From Nanobdellota archaeon (GTDB taxonomy: Archaea > Nanobdellota > Nanobdellia > Pacearchaeales > GW2011-AR1): DNA of 57,328 nt. Location: the NCBI GenBank assembly GCA_038045265.1, contig JBBSYL010000036.1, positions 1-57,328 of the forward strand, given 5' to 3'. A model generated the notes under the pieces. That model was not told the DNA's origin. It saw only the letters and a list, made by a program, of their open reading frames with translations, and searched no databases. Made by a program: the position numbers and the translations under genes. Below, piece by piece: positions 43,600 to 53,052 of the stretch (the stretch's first letter is position 1; each line of letters starts with the position of its first letter).

Positions 43600-45963
43600 T
43601 TAAGATTTTATAAATTTCAAAACTTCAGAATATACTCTTTCATCATCAGGTAAATTACCATGAATGGTTTCCTTGTCACTCCAATCACACTGGGAAGAAC
43701 CAACACAGCTACCAATTAATTCTACATTAGTAGCACCATTAATTTTTGCACTATAACTTCTTACAACCTCATCATGTGTAAAGTTAAGTGTTTTATCAAC
43801 AACTCCTCCAAATATATTGTCAGAACTAGCACCAATAATAGATAAAGTAGGTACTAGGACTTCTTGACCGCTATTTAGCTGTTTTAAAAAGTTACTTTCT
43901 GCTTTCATATCCTCACATTCTGGAGGATATTTGAAATTCAAATATTTTTGAGTAGTTCCACACCAGTTAGCCACGCCACCATATATACCATGATTTGGAG
44001 TTCCTATAGTTATTAACTTGTAAACTTTCTCTTTCCCCCCATAATTCTTTATATATTCTCTCGAAACCAAACCACCCATTGAATGAGATACAATTATTAC
44101 TTTGTCTTTACCAGTATTATGTCTAACAATATCGACTACTGTACTTAATCTTTGTGCATATTCAGTAATAGTTTTGTCTTGCTCTTTCTTACCAGTAGGA
44201 TTGCCATTTTCATCGTAAACTCCAAGATAGTAAGAAACTCTAGTGGTTGAAGGTCTTCTTATTCTACCCCAATCACCTTCCTTAACAGAAGTTATATCTG
44301 AATCAGGTAAGGTTATTTTACGCTTAACATAACCTTGTTCAAAACTCAATTTATCCTCCAATTTCTTAAATGTATTGATTGAATAAGCATAATTATTCCA
44401 AGAAACAGAAGAATGACCATGAACAAAGATTACTGGATAATAAGAAGAGTCTTTTCTGCAAGCCTCATCATCACAGCAAACAGTAGTTATATCTCCTACA
44501 GAACACATCGTTTGTCCTTCTTTAGTCTCTTTAATACCTTCTCCCTTGATATCTTTTTCTATCAAATTAACATTTGCAATTAAACTATTATTTTGTGCAA
44601 TTATCTTAAATTTGCAGTTATTATTGACGAATTCCCTGTATTGCTCAGACAATTCTATAAATTTATTCTCTTTGGAAGTAAAAATAGACTGACTTTTACT
44701 GTTTGAGGAAGATGCTCCGAATATTTTTTTAAAAAAATTCTTTAAAGCAATAAAAAATCCTCCTTGTTCTTTAGATTGAGATTCATTGACAGGTTTGGCA
44801 CTTTTCTCTTTAGGAGACACATCATCGGTTCTTATTTTGTTCTCACCAGTAACATCTTCTTGAATTTTTTCCAGATTTTTACAAATTTGTTGAATATTAT
44901 CTCCAGTTTCATAAGTTTTACAAAACTTATATTTATCACATAAGGCACTTTCCTCATTTTTCAAAGAAGATTTACCAGAGTTAACTTTTTCATTAATCTT
45001 TATATTCGTATCTTCACTTAAACTGTTTATCCTGCCTCCAATATCCACAACTTTAGCTTCTATTCCTTCATAAGTGTTAAAGTTTCCTTTTTTAAAATCT
45101 TCTACTAAGACCGTTATCTCATTATTAAGTATATTCTCTTCATTAATGAGAGATAATTTTGTAGTTAATTCATTATTTTTAATACTTATTTTATTTATAT
45201 CTTCATTTATTTGATTATGCCTTTTGACTATTAAGTCTAAATTACCCTCCAATTTAAGAGCAAACTCTCCATTTTCAGATATTTCACCAACTATAGAATT
45301 GCGGTAGTTTTCTTTAGCTTTAATGTAATTAAACTCGATTTTTGCTATTTTATCAATCTTCTCTATCTCTAATTTTTGAGAGACATGTTTATTTCTTATA
45401 ACACTAATATCTTGTTTGATAGAATCAACTTTAACATTTGAAGGTAAACCACTTATCTTAGATTCTACTTTCTTTATTTTTGTATCTGCATTTATTATAT
45501 TTTCATTAACTACTGCAAACGCCCCTTCAATAAAAGATTTAGCTTCTCTTTGTACAGGATTTAATTTATAAGTAGTATCGATTGTTTGAGTTTTAGTGTC
45601 ACTATAGGCATTACAAAGACCAATTTTATCTCTACTACAAGTTATTTCATACTTTAAACTATAACTCTGACCTTCTTTTCCATATTGGGGAGCTGAATGC
45701 ACATATGAATGACTTAAACCATTGGACGAGAGAATTCCAAGATAGAAATTATTTCCATCAACTTTGTACGAACAAGATATATCGCATGAAAAAGTAGAGC
45801 TTGCATCTGTAATCCTAACTGGTAAGTTGACACTACTACCATATTCTAATTGAATACTGCCTATTCCATTATTTACTATTGGTGTAAAATCATAACTAGC
45901 GGATACAAAGGGCATAATTGTTAAGATGATTATTCCTATTATAATGGCAAGTATTCTTCTCAT
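43600..45963 (-). CDS. large secreted protein with C-terminal alpha/beta-hydrolase (lipase/esterase-like) domain
   Basis: An N-terminal signal/TM (ILAIIIGIIILTIMPFVSA), a long coiled-coil-like middle, and a C-terminal VIFVHGH...IIVSHSMGG (GxSxG nucleophile elbow). Confidence 0.7.
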   Translation of the reverse strand: MRRILAIIIGIIILTIMPFVSASYDFTPIVNNGIGSIQLEYGSSVNLPVRITDASSTFSCDISCSYKVDGNNFYLGILSSNGLSHSYVHSAPQYGKEGQSYSLKYEITCSRDKIGLCNAYSDTKTQTIDTTYKLNPVQREAKSFIEGAFAVVNENIINADTKIKKVESKISGLPSNVKVDSIKQDISVIRNKHVSQKLEIEKIDKIAKIEFNYIKAKENYRNSIVGEISENGEFALKLEGNLDLIVKRHNQINEDINKISIKNNELTTKLSLINEENILNNEITVLVEDFKKGNFNTYEGIEAKVVDIGGRINSLSEDTNIKINEKVNSGKSSLKNEESALCDKYKFCKTYETGDNIQQICKNLEKIQEDVTGENKIRTDDVSPKEKSAKPVNESQSKEQGGFFIALKNFFKKIFGASSSNSKSQSIFTSKENKFIELSEQYREFVNNNCKFKIIAQNNSLIANVNLIEKDIKGEGIKETKEGQTMCSVGDITTVCCDDEACRKDSSYYPVIFVHGHSSVSWNNYAYSINTFKKLEDKLSFEQGYVKRKITLPDSDITSVKEGDWGRIRRPSTTRVSYYLGVYDENGNPTGKKEQDKTITEYAQRLSTVVDIVRHNTGKDKVIIVSHSMGGLVSREYIKNYGGKEKVYKLITIGTPNHGIYGGVANWCGTTQKYLNFKYPPECEDMKAESNFLKQLNSGQEVLVPTLSIIGASSDNIFGGVVDKTLNFTHDEVVRSYSAKINGATNVELIGSCVGSSQCDWSDKETIHGNLPDDERVYSEVLKFIKS

Positions 45964-45970
45964 CTTAACT

Positions 45971-46324
45971 TCAGGAAGACTCCTTCTTATTTTTATTTTT
46001 TAATATCAAAGCTAATATAACAAAACCAATTATTATAGCTAAGGCAATTATTATCTGAGAAGTATAATCTTTTTTTACATAGTCCTCTGCACAGATATTA
46101 GAAGAACCATGAAATTCACACCCCTTAACACAATTCTTAACTAAAATCTTATCATCTCCTTCGGAGTTACATCTTTCAATACTTTTTCCATCTAAACTAC
46201 AGTATAATCCATCAGGGGTACAAGTAATACCTGAATTGTATTTAACACTTATGATATTAGCAGAAACATATGAAGTAGTCAATAATAGAGCTAAAAATAA
46301 GATATAGATAAATATTTTCTTCAT
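45971..46324 (-). CDS. small Cys-rich secreted protein with C-terminal TM anchor
   Basis: A signal peptide, 7 Cys in the ectodomain and a C-terminal hydrophobic helix. It lies immediately upstream of the hydrolase gene. Confidence 0.5.
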   Translation of the reverse strand: MKKIFIYILFLALLLTTSYVSANIISVKYNSGITCTPDGLYCSLDGKSIERCNSEGDDKILVKNCVKGCEFHGSSNICAEDYVKKDYTSQIIIALAIIIGFVILALILKNKNKKESS

Positions 46325-46383
46325 TTGAAATATGGTAACTATCTGGTAAATATACTATTTAAGCATTTTGGTAACTTATAGGT

Positions 46384-46650
46384 ATGGATAAGGCAACCAA
46401 ATGGAGAGATATTAGTTTCGTTGTTTCTAGTGCTTATAGAAATAAAGTCTTAAGAGCATTAGAAAATCCGAAAATGCCTTTAAAGTTAAGCAAGGAATTG
46501 GGAATAAACAAAACACATATTAGTAGAGCCTTATATGAACTTGAAAGTAAAAAGCTTATTAAATGTCTTACTCCTGAGGCAAGGAAAGGTAAGATTTATG
46601 AGATTACAGATTATGGAAAAGAAGTCATAGAACAAGTTTTTAAATTATAA
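46384..46650 (+). CDS. winged-helix transcriptional regulator
   Basis: RNKVLRALENPKMPLKLSKELGINKTHISRALYELESKKLIKCL. Confidence 0.6.
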   Translation: MDKATKWRDISFVVSSAYRNKVLRALENPKMPLKLSKELGINKTHISRALYELESKKLIKCLTPEARKGKIYEITDYGKEVIEQVFKL

Positions 46651-46678
46651 TTATTCTTTTTAACAATCTACAATTAAC

Positions 46679-47251
46679 TTACTTCCCTCTTCTTCCCCAA
46701 GCTCTTCCGCTTGGTCTTACCTTCATATTATGGCTCTTTGTTCTCAATCCTCTGCTCTTCTTTGCCGCACTAGTTAATCCTCTTAGTGCCCTCTTACTAT
46801 TTGCAGGGTCGCATATCCAAGCCAATTGTCTATCCTTTTTTATCTCATTTCTTTGAGGATCTATCATTATAATTTCATAGAAATAATACTTTCCATCTTT
46901 ACCTATCTGATATGAATTTAAAACTTCTAAATTCTTAAAATAATTCTGCGCTCTTATCTCTGCAACCCATCTGTAATTCATCTTCAAAATCTTCATTACA
47001 TGTTGCTTTCTTGATTTTCTTCCGTGCTTATGCCTACTTCTCTGCCTTCCTCCTCTTTTTACCCTTACTCTAACAACAACAACTCCCGTCTTGGCCTTAT
47101 AGCCCAATGCTCTTGCTTTGCTTATTCTCAAGGGCTTCTCAACCTTTACTATACTATTCCCTGCCCTCCACTGAATCATTCTCGAATGAAGCATCTCTCT
47201 ACTTGGTGCCTTCCATGCCTCATCTAAATAATGCGCTACTCCTTTAACCAT
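46679..47251 (-). CDS. rpl15e: ribosomal protein L15e
   Basis: HYLDEAWKAP...RISKARALGYKAKTGVVVVRVRVKRGG..RKSRKQ is L15e-like. The start is ambiguous among the ATGs at 47251 and 47257 and the TTG at 47260. Confidence 0.9.
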   Translation of the reverse strand: MVKGVAHYLDEAWKAPSREMLHSRMIQWRAGNSIVKVEKPLRISKARALGYKAKTGVVVVRVRVKRGGRQRSRHKHGRKSRKQHVMKILKMNYRWVAEIRAQNYFKNLEVLNSYQIGKDGKYYFYEIIMIDPQRNEIKKDRQLAWICDPANSKRALRGLTSAAKKSRGLRTKSHNMKVRPSGRAWGRRGK

Positions 47252-47357
47252 TGTCATCAATGTAAAAATCGGTTTTTAAACCTTTAGCTTGTAAAAGCTA
47301 AATCTAGCTTTCACTAACATTTTTTAAAGGTTATTTTAAAGCTTCCGTATATTTCAA

Positions 47358-47798
47358 TTAAATTCTTTTTCTATGCTTATTGTCTGCTTCATAAATAACG
47401 AGCCTTCTATCAAAAGCAAAACTATCTCCAGGAGCCTTCGCAACCTCCTTAGAAAAGTAAGTTGCAAAAAATCTGCAAATTAGATCATCTACTAAACTGT
47501 CTTTTAAGCTTACAAAATCTCGCCCATTCAATTCTGAAGGTTTAGTATTAGAAGTAACCAAATCGTTAGGATATTGCGTATTTCCAATAAACAAAACTCC
47601 TCTGTCTATCGGATTTCCAACATCAACAATTTCTCCTAAAACAAATCCATTCTTGAGGAGAGTCAACTGCCCATCTAAATTAAATCGGGCAGTTAAAATC
47701 TGTCCGTATCTTTCATAAGGAAAAACTTGTAGGGGAGTATATTTCCTAAATCTTTGTAAGTCTTTATTATATATCCATAATCTATGTGTAAATTTCAT
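47358..47798 (-). CDS. hypothetical protein
   Basis: A 146-aa ORF with no motif recognised. Confidence 0.45.
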   Translation of the reverse strand: MKFTHRLWIYNKDLQRFRKYTPLQVFPYERYGQILTARFNLDGQLTLLKNGFVLGEIVDVGNPIDRGVLFIGNTQYPNDLVTSNTKPSELNGRDFVSLKDSLVDDLICRFFATYFSKEVAKAPGDSFAFDRRLVIYEADNKHRKRI

Positions 47799-47860
47799 GG
47801 ACTTCTTTAAAAATTTCTCCCTTTAAAAGCCTTTTTATACCTAAAAATCTCAGAAATAGC

Positions 47861-49294
47861 ATGGCAAAAGAAAAATTTTACATCACAACAGCAATAGATT
47901 ATCCAAATGCAGAACCACACATTGGGCACGCATATCAGAAGATAATCGCAGACGTTTTATCTAGGTGGAACTCTTTGCTTGGAAAAGATGTTTGGTTTCT
48001 AACAGGGACAGATGAACATGGGAAAAAAATTCAAGAATCCGCAGAAAAAGCTGGAAAAAATCCAAAACAATTTGTTGACGAAGTAGCTGAAAAATTCAAA
48101 GAATCCTGGAAACTGTTAAACATAAATTATAATCGTTTCATAAGAACCACAGATAAAGACCATGAATCTTTAGTCCAGGAAGTAATAGAAAAATGCAATA
48201 AAAACGGAGATATCTACAAAGGAGTTTACGAGGGATTGTACTGTATTGGTTGCGAAGCCTATTACACAGAAAAAGATGCTGTAGAAGGCAAATGCCCTTT
48301 ACATAACAGACCATTAGAAAAATTAAAAGAAGAATCCTATTTCTTCAAACTCTCAAAGTACCAAAAATATCTTCTTGATTTATATAAAAAAAATCCAGAA
48401 TTTGTTCTTCCAAATGAAAGAAGAAATGAAATGATAAACAGGGTTAAAGAAGGTCTAAAAGATTTAAGCATTTCAAGAACAAGTTTTAATTGGGGCATTC
48501 CGTTCCCCCTAGACAAAAAGCACATAGTTTATGTTTGGTTCGATGCCTTATTCAATTACGTTTCTGGTGCTGGTAAGAATGGAAAGTACTGGCCAGCAGA
48601 TCTCCATCTTCTAGGAAAAGATAACGGTTGGTTCCATGCCGTCTACTGGCCAGCATTTTTAAAATCTGCAGGATACAAATTACCAAAAACAGTTTTCATT
48701 CACGGCTTTCTTACATTTAATGGGCAGAAGATATCAAAATCTTTAGGAAACGCCATTTCTCCTAAATATCTTGTAGATAAATACGGTTCAGATTCTGTAA
48801 GATATTTCATATGCAGAAATTTTGTTCTTGGAGAAGATGGAGATTTTGATGAGAAAAAATTAGTAGAAAGATACAATAATGAACTTGCTAATAAACTCGG
48901 TAACTTAGTTTCTAGAGTTTCCGCACTAGTAGAAAAATATGATTTAGAAAAATCTAAAATAAAAAATCTAAAATCAGAAGATGCGCTCAAAGCAGTAGAA
49001 AAATATCTTGAGAATTATGAAATTGATAAAGCATTGAATGAAATATTTTCATTTATAGATACCTGTAACATTTTTATCCAAGACAAAAAGCCTTGGGAAA
49101 CAAAAGATAAGAAAGTACTTTATGAGTTATGTAACGCCATAAAAGATGCTTCCATCCTCTTATCCCCATTTATTCCTGAAACATCAGAAAAGATATCAAA
49201 AATATTTAACTTTGAAATATCTCTTAAAGCTCTCAAAGAAGACTTGCAAATTAGTAAAATTAAAAAAGCCCCAATCCTATTTAATAAGATATAA
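47861..49294 (+). CDS. metG: methionyl-tRNA synthetase, catalytic core plus anticodon-binding domain
   Basis: HIGH motif (PHIGHAY), KMSKS-type KISKSLGN and the CIGC..CPLH knuckle. Confidence 0.9.
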   Translation: MAKEKFYITTAIDYPNAEPHIGHAYQKIIADVLSRWNSLLGKDVWFLTGTDEHGKKIQESAEKAGKNPKQFVDEVAEKFKESWKLLNINYNRFIRTTDKDHESLVQEVIEKCNKNGDIYKGVYEGLYCIGCEAYYTEKDAVEGKCPLHNRPLEKLKEESYFFKLSKYQKYLLDLYKKNPEFVLPNERRNEMINRVKEGLKDLSISRTSFNWGIPFPLDKKHIVYVWFDALFNYVSGAGKNGKYWPADLHLLGKDNGWFHAVYWPAFLKSAGYKLPKTVFIHGFLTFNGQKISKSLGNAISPKYLVDKYGSDSVRYFICRNFVLGEDGDFDEKKLVERYNNELANKLGNLVSRVSALVEKYDLEKSKIKNLKSEDALKAVEKYLENYEIDKALNEIFSFIDTCNIFIQDKKPWETKDKKVLYELCNAIKDASILLSPFIPETSEKISKIFNFEISLKALKEDLQISKIKKAPILFNKI

Positions 49295-49298
49295 TAAC

Positions 49299-49634
49299 AT
49301 GACAGACAAAATATCATACGAAGATTTTGCAAAACTCGATATAAAAGTTGCAAAAATACTGGACGTAGAAGAAATACCAAACAAAGACAAGTTATACAAG
49401 CTCTCCATCTCTTTAGGATCAGAAAAAAGAACAATTGTTGCAGGAATAAAGCAATATTACAAAAAAGAAGAACTAAAGAATAAGAAGATAATAATAATAG
49501 CAAACCTTGAGCCAGCAAAAATAGGTGGAATAGAAAGCAATGGTATGCTTCTCGCGGCTGGAAGCAAAGAAGAAAACATTTGCGTCCTTTTAGCACCAGA
49601 TAAAGATATTAAAGAAGGAATGAAGATAAGCTAA
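49299..49634 (+). CDS. stand-alone tRNA-binding domain (Trbp111/MetRS C-terminal OB-fold)
   Basis: FAKLDIKVAKILDVEEIPNKDKLYKLSISLGSEKRTIVAGIK...IIIIANLEPAKIGGIESNGMLLAA. The ATG lies 4 nt after the metG stop. Confidence 0.8.
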   Translation: MTDKISYEDFAKLDIKVAKILDVEEIPNKDKLYKLSISLGSEKRTIVAGIKQYYKKEELKNKKIIIIANLEPAKIGGIESNGMLLAAGSKEENICVLLAPDKDIKEGMKIS

Positions 49635-49635
49635 A

Positions 49636-49887
49636 ATGCGTAATTTAAGAAGTTATACTCGTGTAGCTTTCCAAGAGCATTGGTGTGATAGATGTTGTAA
49701 TTATATTCAACCAGGAGATATGTATAAAGCTCATGTTGAGTTAAGAGAAGAAAAGAAAAAACATAGAATTATTGTTTGGAAATATCATATTAATCCGGGA
49801 TGTGATTTTCCTGAAGATCCAGAAGATGAAGAAGAAAGTGAAATCGAAACTCTAACACAACCAGAAGAATTGCTTCTCGCAGCCTAA
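49636..49887 (+). CDS. small Cys/His-containing protein with acidic tail
   Basis: An 83-aa ORF with HWCDRCC and PGCD. It starts 1 nt after the stop of the preceding ORF. Confidence 0.4.
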   Translation: MRNLRSYTRVAFQEHWCDRCCNYIQPGDMYKAHVELREEKKKHRIIVWKYHINPGCDFPEDPEDEEESEIETLTQPEELLLAA

Positions 49888-49961
49888 TAAAACTTCTAAA
49901 CAATTAAACTAATTTTATTTCTTTTTCATCCCATAAGCAATTATATATTTAATCTTCTCGC

Positions 49962-50714
49962 TTATCCGAAAATTCTATCCCAAACACTCAACTTTTCTTT
50001 ATAATTGTGATTTCCAATTATTCTTGCAGCCAATATTCTATACGCCCTAGCAGCCTTGCTCTTTGGATGTGTATGTACCAATGCGTCTTTCATTAATAAT
50101 GCAGCTTGCATATTCTTATCTTCTGGCACAATACCAATTATAGGCAACTCAAGCATCTCTCTTAAATTCTGTATAGTCATCTCAGTTTTCAATCCTTTAA
50201 CTCTTGTAACTATTACTCCCTTCACCTGTTTTCCCATCTGTTCGATTACTTTGCTGGTTTTCAGAGCATCAGTTACAGCAGGGATCTCTGGATTTGTAAC
50301 TATAATTAATTCATCTCCAGCCTCTAAAGAACATAATGCCTCCTCTCCAAGTCCTGCAGCAGAATCAAATATTATATAATCTGCCATCTTCCTTAATTTT
50401 TTTCCAACCTCTTTCAATTTACCATGATTTATTTTTCTTAATTCTCTTATAGATAATGAACTAGGGATTACTTTAGTTCCAGATTCATGTTCATAAATAG
50501 CATCAATTATCTTTGCCTTCCCAGAAAGGACATGGTTCAATGTTACCGGAACTATTGGCGCACCTAGATGCAGACCGACATTAGGAGTGGTAAGATTAGC
50601 ATCAACTACAATTACATCCTTTCCAAAAGCGTTCAAAGCCGCTCCAAGATTGATTGCAGTAGTTGTCTTGCCTACACCTCCTTTTCCAGATGTTATGGTA
50701 ATAATTTTAGCCAT
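49962..50714 (-). CDS. minD: MinD/ParA-family P-loop ATPase
   Basis: Deviant Walker A SGKGGVGKTT and Walker B-like IIFDSAAG. Confidence 0.85.
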   Translation of the reverse strand: MAKIITITSGKGGVGKTTTAINLGAALNAFGKDVIVVDANLTTPNVGLHLGAPIVPVTLNHVLSGKAKIIDAIYEHESGTKVIPSSLSIRELRKINHGKLKEVGKKLRKMADYIIFDSAAGLGEEALCSLEAGDELIIVTNPEIPAVTDALKTSKVIEQMGKQVKGVIVTRVKGLKTEMTIQNLREMLELPIIGIVPEDKNMQAALLMKDALVHTHPKSKAARAYRILAARIIGNHNYKEKLSVWDRIFG

Positions 50715-50757
50715 TATCCACTAAGATCGTGAAAAAAATTCACGTTAGCAAAAGAAG

Positions 50758-51183
50758 TTATTTAAGGACGCTTATAAACTTTTCTAATAGCGACGAATAT
50801 TCTTTCAACTTGTCCAAATCAATTCTTATCCACTCTCCCCGATATTGCACCTTCAAATTAACCCCTTTTCTAAACTCTCCCTCTCTTATCTTTTCCAATT
50901 GATCTAAATCTCTAAATAATTCATAAAGCTCCAAAGTTTGTCTAATAACTTCATCATCAGAATAAATCTTTTTTAACTGTATCAACTTGGCTCTTGGCGC
51001 ATCAGGAACTGGCTTCCACTTCTTAGCTTTCTTAGCCTTTTCAACAAGTAAGTCCATCCCAAGCTCTATCATTATTTTCCATCTCAAAAGCAGATTTATA
51101 ATAACATCACACGTCTTCGTATACTTTAAACTCACATAAAGCAAGTGATCAGCACTTATTTTTTCTTTTATTATTTTCTCCAT
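50758..51183 (-). CDS. hypothetical helical protein
   Basis: A 141-aa ORF with no motif recognised. Confidence 0.45.
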   Translation of the reverse strand: MEKIIKEKISADHLLYVSLKYTKTCDVIINLLLRWKIMIELGMDLLVEKAKKAKKWKPVPDAPRAKLIQLKKIYSDDEVIRQTLELYELFRDLDQLEKIREGEFRKGVNLKVQYRGEWIRIDLDKLKEYSSLLEKFISVLK

Positions 51184-51371
51184 CTATCAAAAAACCCTTA
51201 ATTCCGAGCATTTATGTCAAATATCTTTTTCTTTATATACCTTTCGTCATTAATACTAACAAAAAGACCCACATTACAAATCATCCACCCCTATAAATTA
51301 CTCTTTCCTGTCCATTCATCAGATAAGCAGTTACCTTTCATCTCGTAAGAATATAAAGTATAATGAAGTAA

Positions 51372-51704
51372 TCAATCACTTAGCTTAACGATCGCTTCCG
51401 CAATATCTCCATTAACCTCTTCCAGAACCTTTCTGACTTCTTTCTCAGACTTTCCAGTCTTTTCCATTACCAATTCAATATCCTCTCCCCTTATACTCTC
51501 TCCTTCCTCTTCCCTTATTTCTCCAGTAATCTGAAAGCTATCTTGCCCCTGCACAGTCATCTTCTGAACATGTGCCGGTTCAATTATAATCTTATCACCA
51601 TCACTTTTTTCAATAATAACTCTCAAAGCGTCTATTTCTTCCTGTTTTATTCCCATCTGCTTCATCATTGCCTTCATTTGCCCAGGATTTATTCCTCCAA
51701 ACAT
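51372..51704 (-). CDS. nac: nascent polypeptide-associated complex protein (NAC domain plus UBA)
   Basis: PGQMKAMMKQMGIKQEEI.., a NAC beta-barrel stretch, and the C-terminal UBA-like VRKVLEEVNGDIAEAIVKL. Confidence 0.85.
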   Translation of the reverse strand: MFGGINPGQMKAMMKQMGIKQEEIDALRVIIEKSDGDKIIIEPAHVQKMTVQGQDSFQITGEIREEEGESIRGEDIELVMEKTGKSEKEVRKVLEEVNGDIAEAIVKLSD

Positions 51705-51738
51705 GCTTATGCATTAGAATAACCATATAAATAACTTT

Positions 51739-51960
51739 CTAACCTAGTAAAGATAATATCAATCCACTTACCCCAGTTCCAGAATTTGTATCAACTACCG
51801 GAAAAAAAACTTTCAAAACAACGATAAAAATTAATATTAAGATTATAAAACCAATAACCTGCATAGGGCTAAGCATGAACTTACTTTTATACTCTGAATC
51901 ATACCTCATTATACCTCCAAAAGGTCCGGGCATCTCAATATGTTGCTTTTCCTGCGCCAT
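51739..51960 (-). CDS. secG: preprotein translocase Sec61-beta/SecG (archaeal)
   Basis: GPFGGIMRYDSEYKSKFMLSPMQVIGFIILILIFIVVL matches aGLiRY.de....l.P..V followed by a TM helix. Confidence 0.6.
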   Translation of the reverse strand: MAQEKQHIEMPGPFGGIMRYDSEYKSKFMLSPMQVIGFIILILIFIVVLKVFFPVVDTNSGTGVSGLILSLLG

Positions 51961-52037
51961 ATTAATCAATTAAAATCTGCATATAAAAAACTATCTGTCC
52001 ACCGACTTGTGTAACAAGGAGACATATATCATAGGCG

Positions 52038-52649
52038 CTACACCTTCTTTCTTATTTCACTAAGAATCTTATTCTTCTTATTTCTACTTCTATATGTCTG
52101 CCCAAATCTAACTAATACCCAATTCAATTTTCCCCATAACTTTTCAGGAAATATTTTCTTCAAATCTTCTTCAACTTTCTCTTGTTTTTCACTTTTAGTC
52201 CATCCCATATAATTTGATATATAGGAAACGTGCGTGTCTATTCCGATAGCCCCATGTCCTTGTTCAGCAAGAAACACATTTGCAGTCTTCCTTCCTACCC
52301 CTGGCAATTCCACCAATTTATCAAAGTCATGAGGAACTTTGCTATTATATTCTTTCACAAGTATCTTAGCTAATTCACTTATATTTCTAGATTTAGTTTT
52401 ATAAAAATTAACTGGTTTAATTATATTAGCAATATCATCATAACTTGCTTTACTTAATTTCTCAACACTATTAAACTTGGTAAATAATAGAGTAGCGACA
52501 AGAATTGTTTTCTTATCAGTCGTTCTAGCACTCATAAGTGTAGCAATAAGAGTCTGCCAATCTTCATCCCACCCATCAGCGGCTAATCTTAAATCAGAAG
52601 CTAATTTTTCAATTTCCTTTAATTGTCTTAATGCTTTTTCTTTATTCAT
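52038..52649 (-). CDS. nth: endonuclease III-like HhH-GPD DNA glycosylase (no C-terminal Fe-S Cys cluster)
   Basis: LVELPGVGRKTANVFL (HhH-GPD with catalytic Lys) and GIDTHV (Asp). There is no Cx6Cx2Cx5C at the C-terminus. Confidence 0.8.
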   Translation of the reverse strand: MNKEKALRQLKEIEKLASDLRLAADGWDEDWQTLIATLMSARTTDKKTILVATLLFTKFNSVEKLSKASYDDIANIIKPVNFYKTKSRNISELAKILVKEYNSKVPHDFDKLVELPGVGRKTANVFLAEQGHGAIGIDTHVSYISNYMGWTKSEKQEKVEEDLKKIFPEKLWGKLNWVLVRFGQTYRSRNKKNKILSEIRKKV

Positions 52650-52664
52650 CTACTCTTAAAGTTA

Positions 52665-52928
52665 TTAGGATTTTATATATCTTCCACTCAACCTATCAAG
52701 ACATCTTCGAGCCACATAACCAAAAGAAGTATCTCTTGCCTCTCTTCTCAGATTTCTTATGATACATTTATCTCTCGCATTAATTATATCGCCCCATCCA
52801 AGATTATAAGCCCAATCGGCAATCTCAACAACCCTTCCATATGCTTCTCTAATTTCTTCACTTGAAGATGAAAAATACCTCTTTTTCAATTCAATAGCAA
52901 AGTCTGGAAAAGGAAAAAGGCATCTCAT
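52665..52928 (-). CDS. hypothetical small protein
   Basis: An ORF from the ATG at 52928 with no motif. Confidence 0.35.
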   Translation of the reverse strand: MRCLFPFPDFAIELKKRYFSSSSEEIREAYGRVVEIADWAYNLGWGDIINARDKCIIRNLRREARDTSFGYVARRCLDRLSGRYIKS

Positions 52929-53052
52929 TAAGAGAACCAATTAAAGGAATTAAAATACCAAAATCACTCTCTGAATTCAAAGATGATTTAATGGCTTGTC
53001 ATAATTTGGAATAGAAACAAAAGCTTATATATTGAAGATTTAAGACAATTTT

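Noticed and set aside
49120-49596. The 158-aa minus-strand ORF, and the long N-terminal extension of plus-strand ORF 49146-49634.
   Set aside because: They overlap the 3' end of metG and the Trbp111-like gene. The Trbp-like domain starts cleanly at the ATG at 49299, right after the metG stop.
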